The notes below the pieces were generated by a model. That model did not search any database. It was not told the origin of the DNA and saw only the letters and a program-made list of their open reading frames with translations. Shown piece by piece: positions 1-12,487 of a stretch of DNA of 30,305 nucleotides. Origin of the DNA: Chloroflexota bacterium (GTDB taxonomy: Bacteria > Chloroflexota > Anaerolineae > Promineifilales > Promineifilaceae); NCBI GenBank assembly GCA_039029915.1, contig JBCCFD010000035.1, forward strand, positions 1-30,305, read 5' to 3'. The position numbers and the translations under genes are program-made. Position 1 is the first letter of the stretch, and each line of letters starts with the position of its first letter.

Positions 1-2717
<2,717 letters not shown>

Positions 2718-3052
2718 CACATGATACGGAGAATTCGGCATTTCTACAGAAATGCATTACGTTCTGGTAAATCACGCCGGTTTTATCTCAATAAAGATAA
2801 ATATTTATGATTTACCTAGTAATTGACAGTCTCCAGCAACCTAATAAGGATGCATTCTGCCAACTACTCGAATTTTTTTAGAAATTTGATAAGATTATAT
2901 GTTCTTATTCAGTTATTAACGTGCAACTAGTTAACATCTTCGATAGACTGAGATGCTAATGAGTATCTTTTCTTATGAAAGACACTCGTTAATTTCACAA
3001 TCGATTTCGGAAGTGGTGAACTATTTTGTAACGAGGACTTTTAAGGATTTAG

Positions 3053-3125
3053 TGGAGATGAGGAGACTCGAACTCCTGACCTCCGCCGTGCAAAGGCGGC
3101 GCTCTCCCAACTGAGCTACATCCCC
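3053..3125 (-). tRNA. tRNA-Ala (anticodon UGC) in the 16S-23S spacer; CCA not encoded
   Basis: Reverse complement is GGGGATGTAGCTCAGTTGGGAGAGCGCCGCCTTTGCACGGCGGAGGTCAGGAGTTCGAGTCTCCTCATCTCCA, a canonical tRNA-Ala with a G3:U70 pair. Confidence 0.92.
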
Positions 3126-3137
3126 TCAATAAACAGG

Positions 3138-3211
3138 TGGGCCTGGTTGGACTCGAACCAACGACCTCTCCCTTATCAGAGGAACGCTCTAACCAGCTGA
3201 GCTACAAGCCC
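3138..3211 (-). tRNA. tRNA-Ile (anticodon GAU) in the 16S-23S spacer
   Basis: Reverse complement is GGGCTTGTAGCTCAGCTGGTTAGAGCGTTCCTCTGATAAGGGAGAGGTCGTTGGTTCGAGTCCAACCAGGCCCA. Confidence 0.92.
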
Positions 3212-3262
3212 TTCATTACTGTCCCTTAAAAGGTTTATTGTTAAAGGTGCTAAAAATTTAAC

Positions 3263-3280
3263 AACTAAAGAGTGACAGGA
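3263..3280 (-). other. 16S processing-stem half (3' flank); complementary to 4976-4993 in the 5' leader
   Basis: + strand 3263-3280 AACAACTAAAGAGTGACA is the reverse complement of 4976-4993 TGTCACTCTTTAGTTGTC. In the precursor the two would pair to bracket the 16S, like an RNase III processing stem. Confidence 0.6.
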
Positions 3281-3369
3281 ACCATCTTGCCTGAGCCAGA
3301 GCATATTAGCGGGGGCTAATATGACTGACCTGGTTTGGAGCAATATTCGCATATTGCTCAGTAACCTTA

Positions 3370-4876
<1,507 letters not shown>

Positions 4877-5040
4877 AAGAAAGTTTGGACTCTAATTAAA
4901 GAGTCAAAATCCGTGCTTTATATCACGGAACTAATCAAAGTTTTTCTGGACCCAAGCAATTTAACGATAGTTCTTGTCACTCTTTAGTTGTCAAAGTTCT
5001 ATTTTGGCTTTTCCAAACTCTCAATTGAGAGCGGTCTGGG

Positions 5041-5068
5041 AGTATATCAAGCTTCCCAAAGTTGTCAA
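5041..5068 (-). promoter_or_regulatory. rRNA promoter, proximal copy (TTGACA-16-TATACT)
   Basis: Minus strand reads AATTGGCCTTGACAACTTTGGGAAGCTTGATATACTCCC, ~165 nt upstream of the 16S 5' end. Confidence 0.7.
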
Positions 5069-5252
5069 GGCCAATTTCCAATTTAATTTTGCTAGATTCC
5101 CAGACTAAAACGATACCTTAGCTTTTTGAGCTAATTCATGTTTTGCGACTAAATTTCTAGCTACGAATTGGTGTTTAACTGTTAATGATGTTTTGCTTTT
5201 GCAACGACATCTTTTGTTGAAGCCTTTGAGTTATTTTCTCGAAGGGCTTGGG

Positions 5253-5280
5253 AGTATATCAAGCTGTTTTTCTTTGTCAA
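5253..5280 (-). promoter_or_regulatory. rRNA promoter, second copy (TTGACA-16-TATACT)
   Basis: Minus strand reads AATTGGCCTTGACAAAGAAAAACAGCTTGATATACTCCC. Same GGGAGTATATCAAGCT...TTGTCAAGGCCAATT module as the proximal copy. Confidence 0.7.
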
Positions 5281-5455
5281 GGCCAATTCACAAACTGCCT
5301 TACCACCTATGTTAGTGGGGACAAAAAAACGACTCATCTTTTAATAGCGAGCCGCTTAGAGGTTGGCTTTGATTTAAAATTAACTATCTGGTGTTTAGTT
5401 TTAATTGATGTTCTGCTTTTTGCAACGACATCTCGAATAGCTTCGACAGTTTAGA

Positions 5456-5484
5456 AGTATACTAACCTGGAATTTGTTTGTCAA
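5456..5484 (-). promoter_or_regulatory. rRNA promoter, distal copy (TTGACA-17-TATACT)
   Basis: Minus strand reads GCCTTGACAAACAAATTCCAGGTTAGTATACTTCT. Confidence 0.6.
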
Positions 5485-5584
5485 GGCTTTTTTGAACCAA
5501 TTTTTAAACTCAACCTATCTATTTTTAGATCGAAAATTATTTCAAAGTTGTGACCCAACAACACACGATTTATTTATGAGTAGC

Positions 5585-6145
5585 TCACAAATAAATACTT
5601 CTGATCTTGTATCGTGCATCATCAAGATTCCAAGACTCCAATTCAAGCGTGGGAACAATTTTCATTACAAACTGCTCTAATAAGGAAAGCCCCAAGCGGA
5701 AAGTGTCGCTTCTAGTCGTGCCAAAAAGTGCGTTGAGGGTACCGTGTAGCCTGCCCAGCTCAATGACAGGCTGTGGGGAAAGCCGAATTGAAGTCCATTT
5801 CTCAGTTTCGGTTGATTCAGGTAGTTGCAAATCCCATAGGAGAAATAGCGAATCAAGATCAGTCACCCCTTCGGGCATTTCACGATCTCGATCGGATATT
5901 GCTCGCCGCATGGCCTCCATACGGGTAGAGAGGATGGTTACAGCGAGATCGGGAATGTCTGCTCTGGCGATGCCTTTAGGAAACTGTTTGCTTAACGCCT
6001 TAATTTGTTCTTTTTCTTCTTTTGTAAGGGACACGTAAACATTTTGTCGCTCGACTTTCCGAGGCGGGCGGCCTCTTTTAGGCTTTTCCTTTAATAGGGC
6101 GGCCATTGTACTCGAAGATTTGGCAGATGAATTTTTCTTTGTCAT
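5585..6145 (-). CDS. Hypothetical 186-aa protein with an N-terminal AT-hook-like basic motif (KRGRPPRK); operonic partner of the upstream ATPase
   Basis: ORF MTKKNSSAKSSSTMAALLKEKPKRGRPPRK.... Its ATG lies 7 nt after the ATPase stop, so the two are probably translationally coupled. No TM segment and no Cys cluster. Confidence 0.6.
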   Translation of the reverse strand: MTKKNSSAKSSSTMAALLKEKPKRGRPPRKVERQNVYVSLTKEEKEQIKALSKQFPKGIARADIPDLAVTILSTRMEAMRRAISDRDREMPEGVTDLDSLFLLWDLQLPESTETEKWTSIRLSPQPVIELGRLHGTLNALFGTTRSDTFRLGLSLLEQFVMKIVPTLELESWNLDDARYKIRSIYL

Positions 6146-6152
6146 TTAGGTT

Positions 6153-7028
6153 CTAGTTCCCAGCCTGACGGTATCCATGCTGATGCTCTAAGAATTTTTC
6201 TACAAACTCACCGTCGATTGTGGCTTCATTTGTTGATAAAAGTTCTAGACAAAGATGGAGTGAAAGAAGACAAATACTACGCGGGTAACCCTTTGTCTCC
6301 TTCCATATAGGAAGGAAGGAGTCTTCGGAAAATAGCGGTGCTTGTTTTGAATCACGACCTGCGGCTAAGAGTCGATACTCAATCAAAGATTTTGTATCAT
6401 CTGGCGTTAGCGGATCCATTGAGGAACGGGTGGCCACCCTATCATTAAAATCTGGGACACCACGCAGATTGATATCCAAGTCTGGTCGGCCCAGCAAAAT
6501 AAGCTGAAACGCTTTGCCCCCCTTAGGGTCTCTAAAGTTAAGCAGTCGGCGAAGCTCTATAAACTGCTCCGGACTTAATTCGTGTGCCTCATCAATAATA
6601 ATTAGCGGCAGCACATTATCCTGCACGATATCAATAAGAAATGCACGGAATTCGTTAAGTTGATCTTCAGTTGCTCGTCGTGTTCTGATCCCAAATTCTG
6701 AGGCGATTCTTCTTAATAGGAGAAGGCCACTCTTTTTAGGCACCTCATCTACCTTAGCCGCCACAAAATCTGGACGACGATCGTAGCGGCTGTGGAACCA
6801 TGAGGCAAGGGTCGTTTTACCGGTGCCAATTTCCCCGACGATAACAGATGCTCCTTGGCCAGCTTCTACCATGTAACTAACTTTAGAGAGGGCGCGTCTT
6901 GTTTCGGTTGAGAGGTACATAAATCTTGGATCAGCTTCAATTGTAAAAGGGGGCACAACGACGCCGATGCGTTCCCAGTTTGGTGCGTATTGATCAAAAT
7001 CCAAGTCTAATTGATTGCCATTAAACAT
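6153..7028 (-). CDS. AAA+ ATPase of the ExeA/GspA-like (AAA_22) family
   Basis: Walker A GEIGTGKTT, Walker B IIIDEAHEL, and LILLGRPDL...GYPRSICLL, which matches the ExeA/GspA pattern (VLTGEVGTGKT..IDEAQNL..LVGQPEL..G.PR.IN.LC). Confidence 0.75.
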   Translation of the reverse strand: MFNGNQLDLDFDQYAPNWERIGVVVPPFTIEADPRFMYLSTETRRALSKVSYMVEAGQGASVIVGEIGTGKTTLASWFHSRYDRRPDFVAAKVDEVPKKSGLLLLRRIASEFGIRTRRATEDQLNEFRAFLIDIVQDNVLPLIIIDEAHELSPEQFIELRRLLNFRDPKGGKAFQLILLGRPDLDINLRGVPDFNDRVATRSSMDPLTPDDTKSLIEYRLLAAGRDSKQAPLFSEDSFLPIWKETKGYPRSICLLSLHLCLELLSTNEATIDGEFVEKFLEHQHGYRQAGN

Positions 7029-7143
7029 GTCCCTATGTTATATAACTCTATTTTGGTTGTCAAGAATAGGTAAAATCGCCAAAATAATGAGCAATAATTG
7101 ATTTAGTTGGTCAAAAAACGCAATCTATACCATATAGATTGAT

Positions 7144-7172
7144 TGACAGGGCAAAATAATTCTGTTAGACTG
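7144..7172 (+). promoter_or_regulatory. Promoter-like element TTGACA-17-TAGACT in the 737-bp intergenic region
   Basis: TTGACAGGGCAAAATAATTCTGTTAGACT. There is no obvious ORF downstream until 7766. Confidence 0.35.
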
Positions 7173-7409
7173 TCTCGAAATTTAGATTATGTTTATTAAA
7201 ATGGAAAGATAAGGTGGATATTGGGTATTTTCCGGTATGCACCAATCTTTGTGTTTATTGAGGAATTTTTCTGGAGGTTTTTCGATGTTTAAGCCGTTTG
7301 ATTAGATTTATGATACTGATTTGAGCTTTCAACGGCCGTTTCCCCGACGATGCTGCTTCTAGCAAAGATTCCGCCAAAATCTTGTCAATTGGAAATCGCT
7401 ATAGAAAAG

Positions 7410-7452
7410 CAAAAGGCCAGACGTTTCCGCCTGGCCTCAGTGTATTCAGCAA
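7410..7452 (-). terminator. Rho-independent terminator-like hairpin, functional on the minus strand
   Basis: Minus strand reads TGAGGCCAGGCGGAAACGTCTGGCCTTTTGCTTTTCT: a GGCCAG/CTGGCC stem followed by a T-rich run. The + strand reading lacks the T-run. Confidence 0.4.
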
Positions 7453-7765
7453 GTTACCTGTCAACTGATTGGGTGCCGCCAACACCTTTAACAGTGCCTC
7501 TTTAGTGAGGAGGGATTTTTTTGTCCCAAGGTAGCTCACTAGCTAAGTAAGAGAATAACATAGGCAGGCGACCCTGTCAATGGTGCAATCCGTCGTTGAA
7601 TCAGGTTATTTTGTGCTGCTTATATATGTGAAAATCATTACGTATGTGAGAGAGAAAATGGGCAGTTTTTTGGTTTTTACCGAGTAAATATCACATAACC
7701 AGCCTGTTTTTTCAAGATACCTAGTGAGATTCCCCTAAATCTCTTACTGGCAGGAAGCGTATGCC

Positions 7766-9028
7766 TTGTCAACGTCACCTAGCCAGCTTTTGCCCCAACA
7801 AAGTGAGATTTCGCTTGAGGTAAAAGAAGCGCAACAAAAACTTTTAGCGTTGCGCAAACAGATTTCTCAACAACCCAATATGTCATCATTTACAAATGAT
7901 GGCATACCTTCCTCATGTGCTACTCCTTTAGCTGAGAAAGTGCAGGGTTTGCCGGCTCATTTGGGGTGGGGGTCGCAGAACGTGCGTCGTGTTTTACCAC
8001 AATCGCATCCCCAAGATGAATCGGGTGGCCCTTTGGTTGTTGATTGGCCCAGGAACAATAAGCCGACGGACAATGAGTCAACGGCCGTTTCTATTCCTAT
8101 CTTTCCGGATATTGCCCTTTCCTTATTAAAAGAAAAGCAGGTATCAGCAGGGCGAATCTGGTTGCTGTTGCGTCATTTAGACACAAACGGCACGGGCTGG
8201 CTAGAAATTGACGAGGTTAAACATCAGTTAACCAATAAGCAGTCACATACCCGTGTTTGCGGTTGGCGACAGATGAGAAACTTGCTGAATCAAGGGGAAG
8301 GGCTTTTTTGGAAGCGAGCCAACGGCCGTATATGGCTCTGTTCGCTACCCAAAGTGGCCCAAGCTTTGAAAATAAATCGCTTACATACAGATTCCGTCTT
8401 ACTCCCACTGAACATAGTGTTGGCAAAGATAGGGACGCTTCGGGCGCACCTATACGCGACTTTTCACAGCGGGCGAACGGAATCACATCAAGATGGTTCC
8501 AAGAATGGCCAAGCGCCAATCGCACGAGCTACGATTCAAGCGATGACACAAATCAGCCCTAGAATTCAACGGCTCTATGAACGATCAGCAAACGTTTTGA
8601 ATCAATCACATTTTTGCATTGGTGCCTCATTTTCTGAAACATCTTTTAAAGAAGCGGCGTGGCAACATGGCCCAGCTGCTTTTCGATTCAAAGATACAAA
8701 GGGATTACAGGGCAAAGCAGGATGTGAATATGTTGCTTGGCAGATGCCAAATAGCTATGCAGGACCGCATCAAAGACAGAGTAAACGACAGCGTAAACGA
8801 ATCAACAAAAAATTGGTTGACCTATTAAATAAAGGGATAGTGGGGAACGATCAATTAATGAGAAATCGTGCTGAGTCGACTCAGTTTGAGAGACAGTATT
8901 TTGCAAACGGCCGTTTGGCGCACAAAGCGTTGCGTTACAGAAATCAAAAGCCCATTTATTGTCCAAATCAACAGGCAAAAGGGTTCTGGTTTGAACTTAC
9001 GATTGGGGGCGGTAAAGGTCGGAAATAA
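7766..9028 (+). CDS. Hypothetical 420-aa protein; TTG start at 7766 with AGGAAG 8 nt upstream, or ATG at 7880
   Basis: Long open frame containing three ACGGCCGT copies. No motif I can assign. The C-terminus is basic (KRQRKRINKK). Confidence 0.5.
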   Translation: MSTSPSQLLPQQSEISLEVKEAQQKLLALRKQISQQPNMSSFTNDGIPSSCATPLAEKVQGLPAHLGWGSQNVRRVLPQSHPQDESGGPLVVDWPRNNKPTDNESTAVSIPIFPDIALSLLKEKQVSAGRIWLLLRHLDTNGTGWLEIDEVKHQLTNKQSHTRVCGWRQMRNLLNQGEGLFWKRANGRIWLCSLPKVAQALKINRLHTDSVLLPLNIVLAKIGTLRAHLYATFHSGRTESHQDGSKNGQAPIARATIQAMTQISPRIQRLYERSANVLNQSHFCIGASFSETSFKEAAWQHGPAAFRFKDTKGLQGKAGCEYVAWQMPNSYAGPHQRQSKRQRKRINKKLVDLLNKGIVGNDQLMRNRAESTQFERQYFANGRLAHKALRYRNQKPIYCPNQQAKGFWFELTIGGGKGRK

Positions 9029-9076
9029 TGATCCCCCATTTAAAGGGATTATTCAATTAATGTTATTATTTGCTGT

Positions 9077-9979
9077 ATGACACTTGAAATCTATACCATC
9101 GACTTAAATTACCAAAATACACCGGAAACAATTGGTTCTTATCTCATCTTAGGCAGTAGTGACCCTATTCTTGTCGATACAGGACCAGCTTCCACATTAG
9201 AGAATCTCAAAGTTGGACTTAGCCAATTTAATTTAGCTCTAACTGATATTAAGCATGTTCTTGTAACCCATATTCATCTTGATCATTCTGGTGCTGGTGG
9301 GCAGTTAGCTGAAGCAGGAGCAAAACTATATGTTCATCATGTAGGGTATCCTCACTTAGTTGATCCAAGTCGATTAATTAAGAGTGCCACCCGCATTTAC
9401 GGTGAAGAAAATATGGGAAAGCTCTGGGGAACGACAATTCCCGCGATTGCTGAACAAGTAACGGCCGTTGAAGATCAACAAACCATCACAATCGGTGATC
9501 TCCAGTTTATTTGTCATGATACCCCGGGACATGCATGGCATCATATGGCGTATCAGCTAGGCGATAGGTTGTTTACTGGAGACTCAATTGGAAATCGATT
9601 GGGAAATCGACCGTATACTGTTTTACCAGCACCGCCACCTGAATTTAAACTTGATATTTGGCAACAAACATTAGAAAAAATCAAAGTAATTAACCCAAAA
9701 CGCCTATATCCAACCCATTTTGGACCGATTCTTGAAGCGGAACCGCATATAGAGACGTTTAGCCAATTGCTCAATGATGCCTCAAATTTAGTGCTTGAAG
9801 CGCTTAAGAAAGGGACGCCACGGGATGAAATTGTTGAGCTGTATAAAGCATTTGATATTGAGCGTGGAAAAAAGCTAGGCATGTCAGACGGTGAAATTCA
9901 CCAATACATCGTTTCGAATCCACTGCATATGTCGGTTGATGGCATTATTCGATATTGGACGCGGAAGGGTGTCGTTTAA
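9077..9979 (+). CDS. MBL-fold metallo-hydrolase
   Basis: HxHxDH motif HIHLDHSGAGG and downstream His/Asp ligands (DTPGHAWHH). 300 aa. Confidence 0.8.
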   Translation: MTLEIYTIDLNYQNTPETIGSYLILGSSDPILVDTGPASTLENLKVGLSQFNLALTDIKHVLVTHIHLDHSGAGGQLAEAGAKLYVHHVGYPHLVDPSRLIKSATRIYGEENMGKLWGTTIPAIAEQVTAVEDQQTITIGDLQFICHDTPGHAWHHMAYQLGDRLFTGDSIGNRLGNRPYTVLPAPPPEFKLDIWQQTLEKIKVINPKRLYPTHFGPILEAEPHIETFSQLLNDASNLVLEALKKGTPRDEIVELYKAFDIERGKKLGMSDGEIHQYIVSNPLHMSVDGIIRYWTRKGVV

Positions 9980-10023
9980 ATCATAGGCTAAATACATTGT
10001 TACAAAAATAACCTTTACTTTTG

Positions 10024-10184
10024 TGTCATGTCGAGCGGGGCTCAATAAAAGCAGTCTCGGTCATAAGCTGAGTCGAGACATCTCGTCGTTAAAGAAGCAT
10101 ACTTTATTTAATAGTCTAGTGGAGAGATGGGTCAACTCTTTAATTGATTGCCGTGTTAGTCGGCTTGACCCGCTCGACATGACA
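10024..10184. mobile_element. MITE-like or structured element bounded by 16-bp perfect inverted repeats TGTCATGTCGAGCGGG...CCCGCTCGACATGACA
   Basis: 10024-10039 is the exact reverse complement of 10169-10184. The 129-bp interior holds further small hairpins (GTCTCG..CGAGAC). It sits between two convergent genes. ORFs 10023-10271(+) and 10061-10261(-) are probably artefacts of it. Confidence 0.45.
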
Positions 10185-10285
10185 TTATTAAAGGAACTTA
10201 TGTACCAAGTACTAAACCAAAACGGCCGTTTCAGTTTAACTTTTAGGATTTTATTCAGCATGAGTTTATAGAGGGTGCTTCTGTC

Positions 10286-12457
10286 TTAGATAGTACCAAT
10301 TGCTGGGGCAGTTTCAGCTAATGAGGGGATGCGATCTAAGGGGAGGCTTAGTTTGACACAGGTATATTGTTGATACACGCTGTCGATAATGATTTCCCCG
10401 CCAATAACAGCCATCATGGTTGAATGAAGAGCGAGGCCTTGCCCAGATCCTTTGGATTTGGTGTTTGAACTGATGCCCATGCCGTTATCCTCAATGGCAA
10501 TGATTAACTTTTCATCAAGTACGGCTGAGATGGTTAATGTAAACGGCCGTCCTAGCTTTTGTTCTGCGCCATACCGAGCGGCATTTCGGACCGCTTCCCG
10601 GCTGGCATAAAAAAGCACTTCAGCCGTTAAAGATGGCATCTGCTTTAGCGTTTCTTGGGCCGTTGGCTCGATATTCCAAATAATTTGGTCAAATGCATGG
10701 GCTAAATCATTTTCTACTGCTCGCTTTAGGGCAGGTAAGAGACCTAAGCGCACCACATCCGGGGCAGACGTCGTTGGCATATTGCGTAAGAGGTCTGATA
10801 TTTGGCGGTGCGCATCGGTTAATGTGGTTACAGCATCAGAGACGTGATTGTTGGTTGTTGCTTCAGCGCCTAAAGTGATGAGAGCCGTCTGGATAGTGGG
10901 CAAAATATCATCATGAAGGACACGTCTTGTTTGTTGGTCTATTACTTGGGTTTGGGTTAAACGTTCACGCTGGAGAGCCATCAGGCGCTGGCTCATAATC
11001 CCGCTGGCCTGTGTATCAATGAGACGTTCGCCAACAGCGCGAGCAATTTCCATTTCTTCTTGTGTGTAAACACCCCCAGCTCGTTTTTCGCCAAGCAGCA
11101 GCACGCCAATGAGCCCCCGCTCACTCCACAGCGAAATGGCCCAGGTGGCACCCGAGTAAGTTTGCTCGGATACCGGCACAGGAAACACATTTGGCGAGGT
11201 GAACTGATTCATTAAATTGTTAAGTGGAGGCAGTTTGGGGACAAGGCTATCTGGGAAGGCTATCGGCGGTCCGGTTAAGGCAGACATTGGGCCTAATGCG
11301 GCAAGATACGCCATTTTGGCCTCAAGGACCTCATCACACAGCACTTTGAATGGCCCCGCAATATTAACTTCTTGTGGCGTCGAGCTTGTCAGGAGCTGCT
11401 CGTAGAGGTGTTGACTCAGGATAAACGGCCGTAAATTGTCCATAAACCGGTCTCTTTCCACGTAGGAACGCCAGCTTACCAAGGCAAAGAAAAAGGTCAT
11501 TAAGATTGTTGCCAATAGAAGACCATAAATATTTCTAAATCGAAGCCCTCGAACGGCACCAATGACAAAGCCATAGCTCATTGCTAAGATAACAACCCTT
11601 TGCCAATGCTTGAATAAACCGCCGCGAGGCAGCGTCTTGCCAGTGAAAACCTCATAGGAGACCACCGCCTGTCCTAGCATAAAAATAGCCACAGCAATAA
11701 CTGACGATATGATGAGGTCAATGGTAATAATTAGTTCCTGAGACTCAGCATAAATATCTACAAACGAGCGCCGAAATGTGTCTTCAACTATCCAGAGCAT
11801 AACGCCGGTGACAAGCAAGCTAACCACAAGGAGCGCTACGGCCGCTCGAACCAGCCAGGGGTGGGCTCTCTGCCGAGCACGGCTACCCATGATCCGATTA
11901 GACGGTGCAGGCTGGCGCAAAGCGTCTACGGAGAGACCAAAACAGGCTAAGACGTAGATTGAGTACCCAATCGCTAAGATTGGTACGCCAAAAATAGTTG
12001 AACGAATGGTTCGACGGAGAAGTACAAAGTCGCCGGGGGGGGAGGCAATCATCAACACACCAGCAAAAAGACTAATCAGACCGCCCATTAAAATGAGAAT
12101 GATGATGTAGAAAAAGAGTTGATGCCGTTTTCGAAGCGGAGGATTGGTGACCCAGAAGCCCGAAAACCAAAGAATGATGATGTACCAAGCAAACGGTAGC
12201 AAGGTCGTAGGGATAAGCCCCACCGTCCACCAGAAGGTCATGTTGCGTACAGTAAACTGGTTGACGCCCAGACCTAATATTGCTGAGTGACTCACAAAAA
12301 AAGCACCACCCAGCAAAAGACCGCCGGTTGCTAAATAAACGCCCCAATTGCGATGCTCGGCGTTGAGAATGACTGTTGCACCAAGCCAGAGCAGGAGAAT
12401 TGTATTAAAAATGGAGATGGCCATGCTGGCCCAGTTTAAAAAGATGCTGTTTGTCAT
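10286..12457 (-). CDS. Sensor histidine kinase, NarX-like HisKA_3 type, with a large N-terminal multi-TM sensor domain
   Basis: About 330 aa of hydrophobic helices, then an H-box LHDDILPTIQTALITL and a HATPase_c region (IEDNGMGI, GSGQGL). Confidence 0.8.
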   Translation of the reverse strand: MTNSIFLNWASMAISIFNTILLLWLGATVILNAEHRNWGVYLATGGLLLGGAFFVSHSAILGLGVNQFTVRNMTFWWTVGLIPTTLLPFAWYIIILWFSGFWVTNPPLRKRHQLFFYIIILILMGGLISLFAGVLMIASPPGDFVLLRRTIRSTIFGVPILAIGYSIYVLACFGLSVDALRQPAPSNRIMGSRARQRAHPWLVRAAVALLVVSLLVTGVMLWIVEDTFRRSFVDIYAESQELIITIDLIISSVIAVAIFMLGQAVVSYEVFTGKTLPRGGLFKHWQRVVILAMSYGFVIGAVRGLRFRNIYGLLLATILMTFFFALVSWRSYVERDRFMDNLRPFILSQHLYEQLLTSSTPQEVNIAGPFKVLCDEVLEAKMAYLAALGPMSALTGPPIAFPDSLVPKLPPLNNLMNQFTSPNVFPVPVSEQTYSGATWAISLWSERGLIGVLLLGEKRAGGVYTQEEMEIARAVGERLIDTQASGIMSQRLMALQRERLTQTQVIDQQTRRVLHDDILPTIQTALITLGAEATTNNHVSDAVTTLTDAHRQISDLLRNMPTTSAPDVVRLGLLPALKRAVENDLAHAFDQIIWNIEPTAQETLKQMPSLTAEVLFYASREAVRNAARYGAEQKLGRPFTLTISAVLDEKLIIAIEDNGMGISSNTKSKGSGQGLALHSTMMAVIGGEIIIDSVYQQYTCVKLSLPLDRIPSLAETAPAIGTI

Positions 12458-12487
12458 ATGATCGCTAGCAAACGATACAACAAATGA

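Larger units (their letters stand above)
5036..5455. repeat. Tandem ~210-bp duplication of the promoter-containing rRNA leader segment
   Basis: CTTGGGAGTATATCAAGCT..TTGTCAAGGCCAATT starts at 5036 and again at 5246. TTTTGCTTTTGCAACGACATCT (about 5190) recurs as TTCTGCTTTTTGCAACGACATCT (about 5405). Confidence 0.7.

Noticed and set aside
4880-4990. Possible boxA antiterminator or fourth promoter in the proximal 16S leader (GACTCTTTAATTAGAGTC palindrome; TTGACAACTAAAGAGTG)
   Set aside because: The palindrome is better explained as part of the 16S processing stem (it pairs with 3263-3280). There is no convincing boxA match (TGCTCTTTAACAA) and no good -10.
10023-10271. ORFs 10023-10271(+) and 10061-10261(-)
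   Set aside because: They overlap the inverted-repeat element between convergent genes, have no RBS and are low complexity. They are likely artefacts.
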